Assembly (NCBI GenBank): GCA_965279525.1
Contig: CBDIIB010000004.1
Span: 1,056,001-1,120,000, forward strand
From: Tagaea sp.
Lineage (GTDB): Bacteria > Pseudomonadota > Alphaproteobacteria > CACIAM-22H2
Reading direction: 5' to 3'
Length of the DNA stretch: 64,000 nt
In this document: positions 62,654-64,000 of the stretch, piece after piece
How the letters are laid out: every line of letters starts with the position of its first letter
How positions within the stretch are numbered: position 1 is the first letter of the stretch
Notes under the pieces: model-generated
Told to the model about the DNA's origin: nothing
Databases searched by the model: none
The model's input: only the letters and a program-made list of their open reading frames with translations
Made by a program: the position numbers and the translations under genes

Positions 62654-64000
62654 TTGCTGCCGTCCGCCGCCACCTATGACGAGCTGGCCGCCCGCTTCAC
62701 GTGGAAGGTGCCGGCCCGCTACAATATCGGCGTCGATGTCTGCGACCGGCATGCCGCCGCACGGCCCGATGCCCCGGCTTTGATCTTCGAGGACGAGACC
62801 GGCGCCGTCTCGACCTGGAACTTCGGCCACCTCAAAGCCCAGACCGACCGCTTCGCCAACATGCTTGGCGGCCACGGTATCGTGCCCGGCGACCGCGTGG
62901 CGGTGCTCTTGCCCCAGTCGCCCGAAACCGCCGTCGCCCATATCGGCGCCTACAAGGCCGGGATGATCGCGGTCCCCCTCTTCGTGCTGTTCGGCGAGGA
63001 TGCGCTCGAATACCGGCTGGCCGATTGCGGGGCGGCCTTGGTCGTCACCGATACGCACCAGCTCCCCAAGCTGCTCGCGATCCGCACCCGCCTGCCCGCC
63101 TTGCGCGCCATCGTCGTCGTCGACGGCGGCGGACGGGACGGCACGCTCGACTTTCATGAAGGCCTCGCGCGTGCGTCCGACAATTTCACGCCGGTCGACA
63201 CGGCGGCCGACGATCCGGCCGTCATCATCTATACGTCCGGCACCACCGGCAGCCCGAAGGGGGCGCTGCATGCGCACCGCGTGCTGCTCGGCCACCTGCC
63301 GGGCGTGGAACTGCCGCAGGAGCTGTTCCCGAAGCCGGGCGACCTGTTCTGGACGCCGGCCGACTGGGCATGGATCGGCGGGCTGTTCGACGTGCTCCTG
63401 CCTTCGCTGCATCATGGCGTGCCGGTCCTCGCCCACCGCTTCCGCAAGTTCGAGCCGGACCGCGCCCTCGACCTGATGGCACGCCACAAGGTGCGCAACG
63501 TCTTCTTCCCGCCAACGGCGCTGAAGCTGATGCGCCAGTCCGCGATGCGCGCCGACCCGGGCGTCAGGCTGCGCTCGATCGGCTCGGGCGGGGAATCGCT
63601 GGGCGAAGAACTGCTCGACTGGGGCCGCGCCACGTTCGGCGTGACGATCAACGAGTTCTACGGCCAGACCGAATGCAATCTGGTCGTCTCGAACTGCGCG
63701 TCGCTGTTCGCGGTGAAGCCCGGCGCCATGGGCCGTGCGGTTCCCGGCCACACGCTTGCCATCCTCGACGACGACGGCAACCCGCTTGGCCACGGCGAGG
63801 TCGGCGAGATCGCGGTGCGCCGGCCCGACCCGGTCATGTTCCTGCGCTACTGGAACCGGCCGGCCGACACGGCGGCGAAATTCGCCGGCGACTGGATGCG
63901 CACGGGCGACCGCGGCAAGCGCGACGCCGACGGCTATCTGCGCTATGTCGGGCGGGCGGACGACGTCATCACGTCGGCCGGCTACCGCATCGGCCCGGCC
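62654..64000 (+). CDS. AMP-binding acyl-CoA synthetase; runs off the window end and is absent from the ORF track
   Basis: Translated by hand from TTG 62654: LPSAATYDEL..., IYTSGTTGSPKG, EFYGQTE, TGD and GRADDVITSAGYRIGP. Confidence 0.9.
   Translation, partial: MLPSAATYDELAARFTWKVPARYNIGVDVCDRHAAARPDAPALIFEDETGAVSTWNFGHLKAQTDRFANMLGGHGIVPGDRVAVLLPQSPETAVAHIGAYKAGMIAVPLFVLFGEDALEYRLADCGAALVVTDTHQLPKLLAIRTRLPALRAIVVVDGGGRDGTLDFHEGLARASDNFTPVDTAADDPAVIIYTSGTTGSPKGALHAHRVLLGHLPGVELPQELFPKPGDLFWTPADWAWIGGLFDVLLPSLHHGVPVLAHRFRKFEPDRALDLMARHKVRNVFFPPTALKLMRQSAMRADPGVRLRSIGSGGESLGEELLDWGRATFGVTINEFYGQTECNLVVSNCASLFAVKPGAMGRAVPGHTLAILDDDGNPLGHGEVGEIAVRRPDPVMFLRYWNRPADTAAKFAGDWMRTGDRGKRDADGYLRYVGRADDVITSAGYRIGPA

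Overview
GC-rich alphaproteobacterial chromosome segment; the gene content and order are Rhodospirillales-like (inference). It is mostly core genes: a GT41 glycosyltransferase (partial), a DEAD-box helicase, mrcA-amiC / rne, an aminotransferase, bepA-DUF3047-dsbA, the homogentisate pathway (hppD-hmgA-FAH-maiA) with a divergent MarR, aroQ-accB-accC-PAS-aat, OpgC/SGNH, mlaD-NDUFA12, class II nrdJ, ridA, clpS-clpA, a phasin, a D-Ala-D-Ala carboxypeptidase, a cupin-ABC-DapA-like operon, galU-ugd-pgm, mipZ-VWA-DnaJ, a pentapeptide-repeat protein and an acyl-CoA synthetase (partial). No rRNA, tRNA, CRISPR array, transposase or integrase was recognised. About eleven frameshifts, nearly all one extra base in a short G/C run, look like sequencing error. 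The most unusual signal is a non-coding element present twice in inverted orientation (5046-5403 and 54307-54523). Each copy has a near-identical AT-rich sigma70-like promoter, a hairpin with a compensatory base change and a boxA-like antiterminator. These are followed by units of about 135 bp in which repeated palindromic arms flank an IHF-like core, and each copy sits next to a REP-like doublet. In copy 1 two tandem units share the scaffold at identical spacing but carry different arm motifs.
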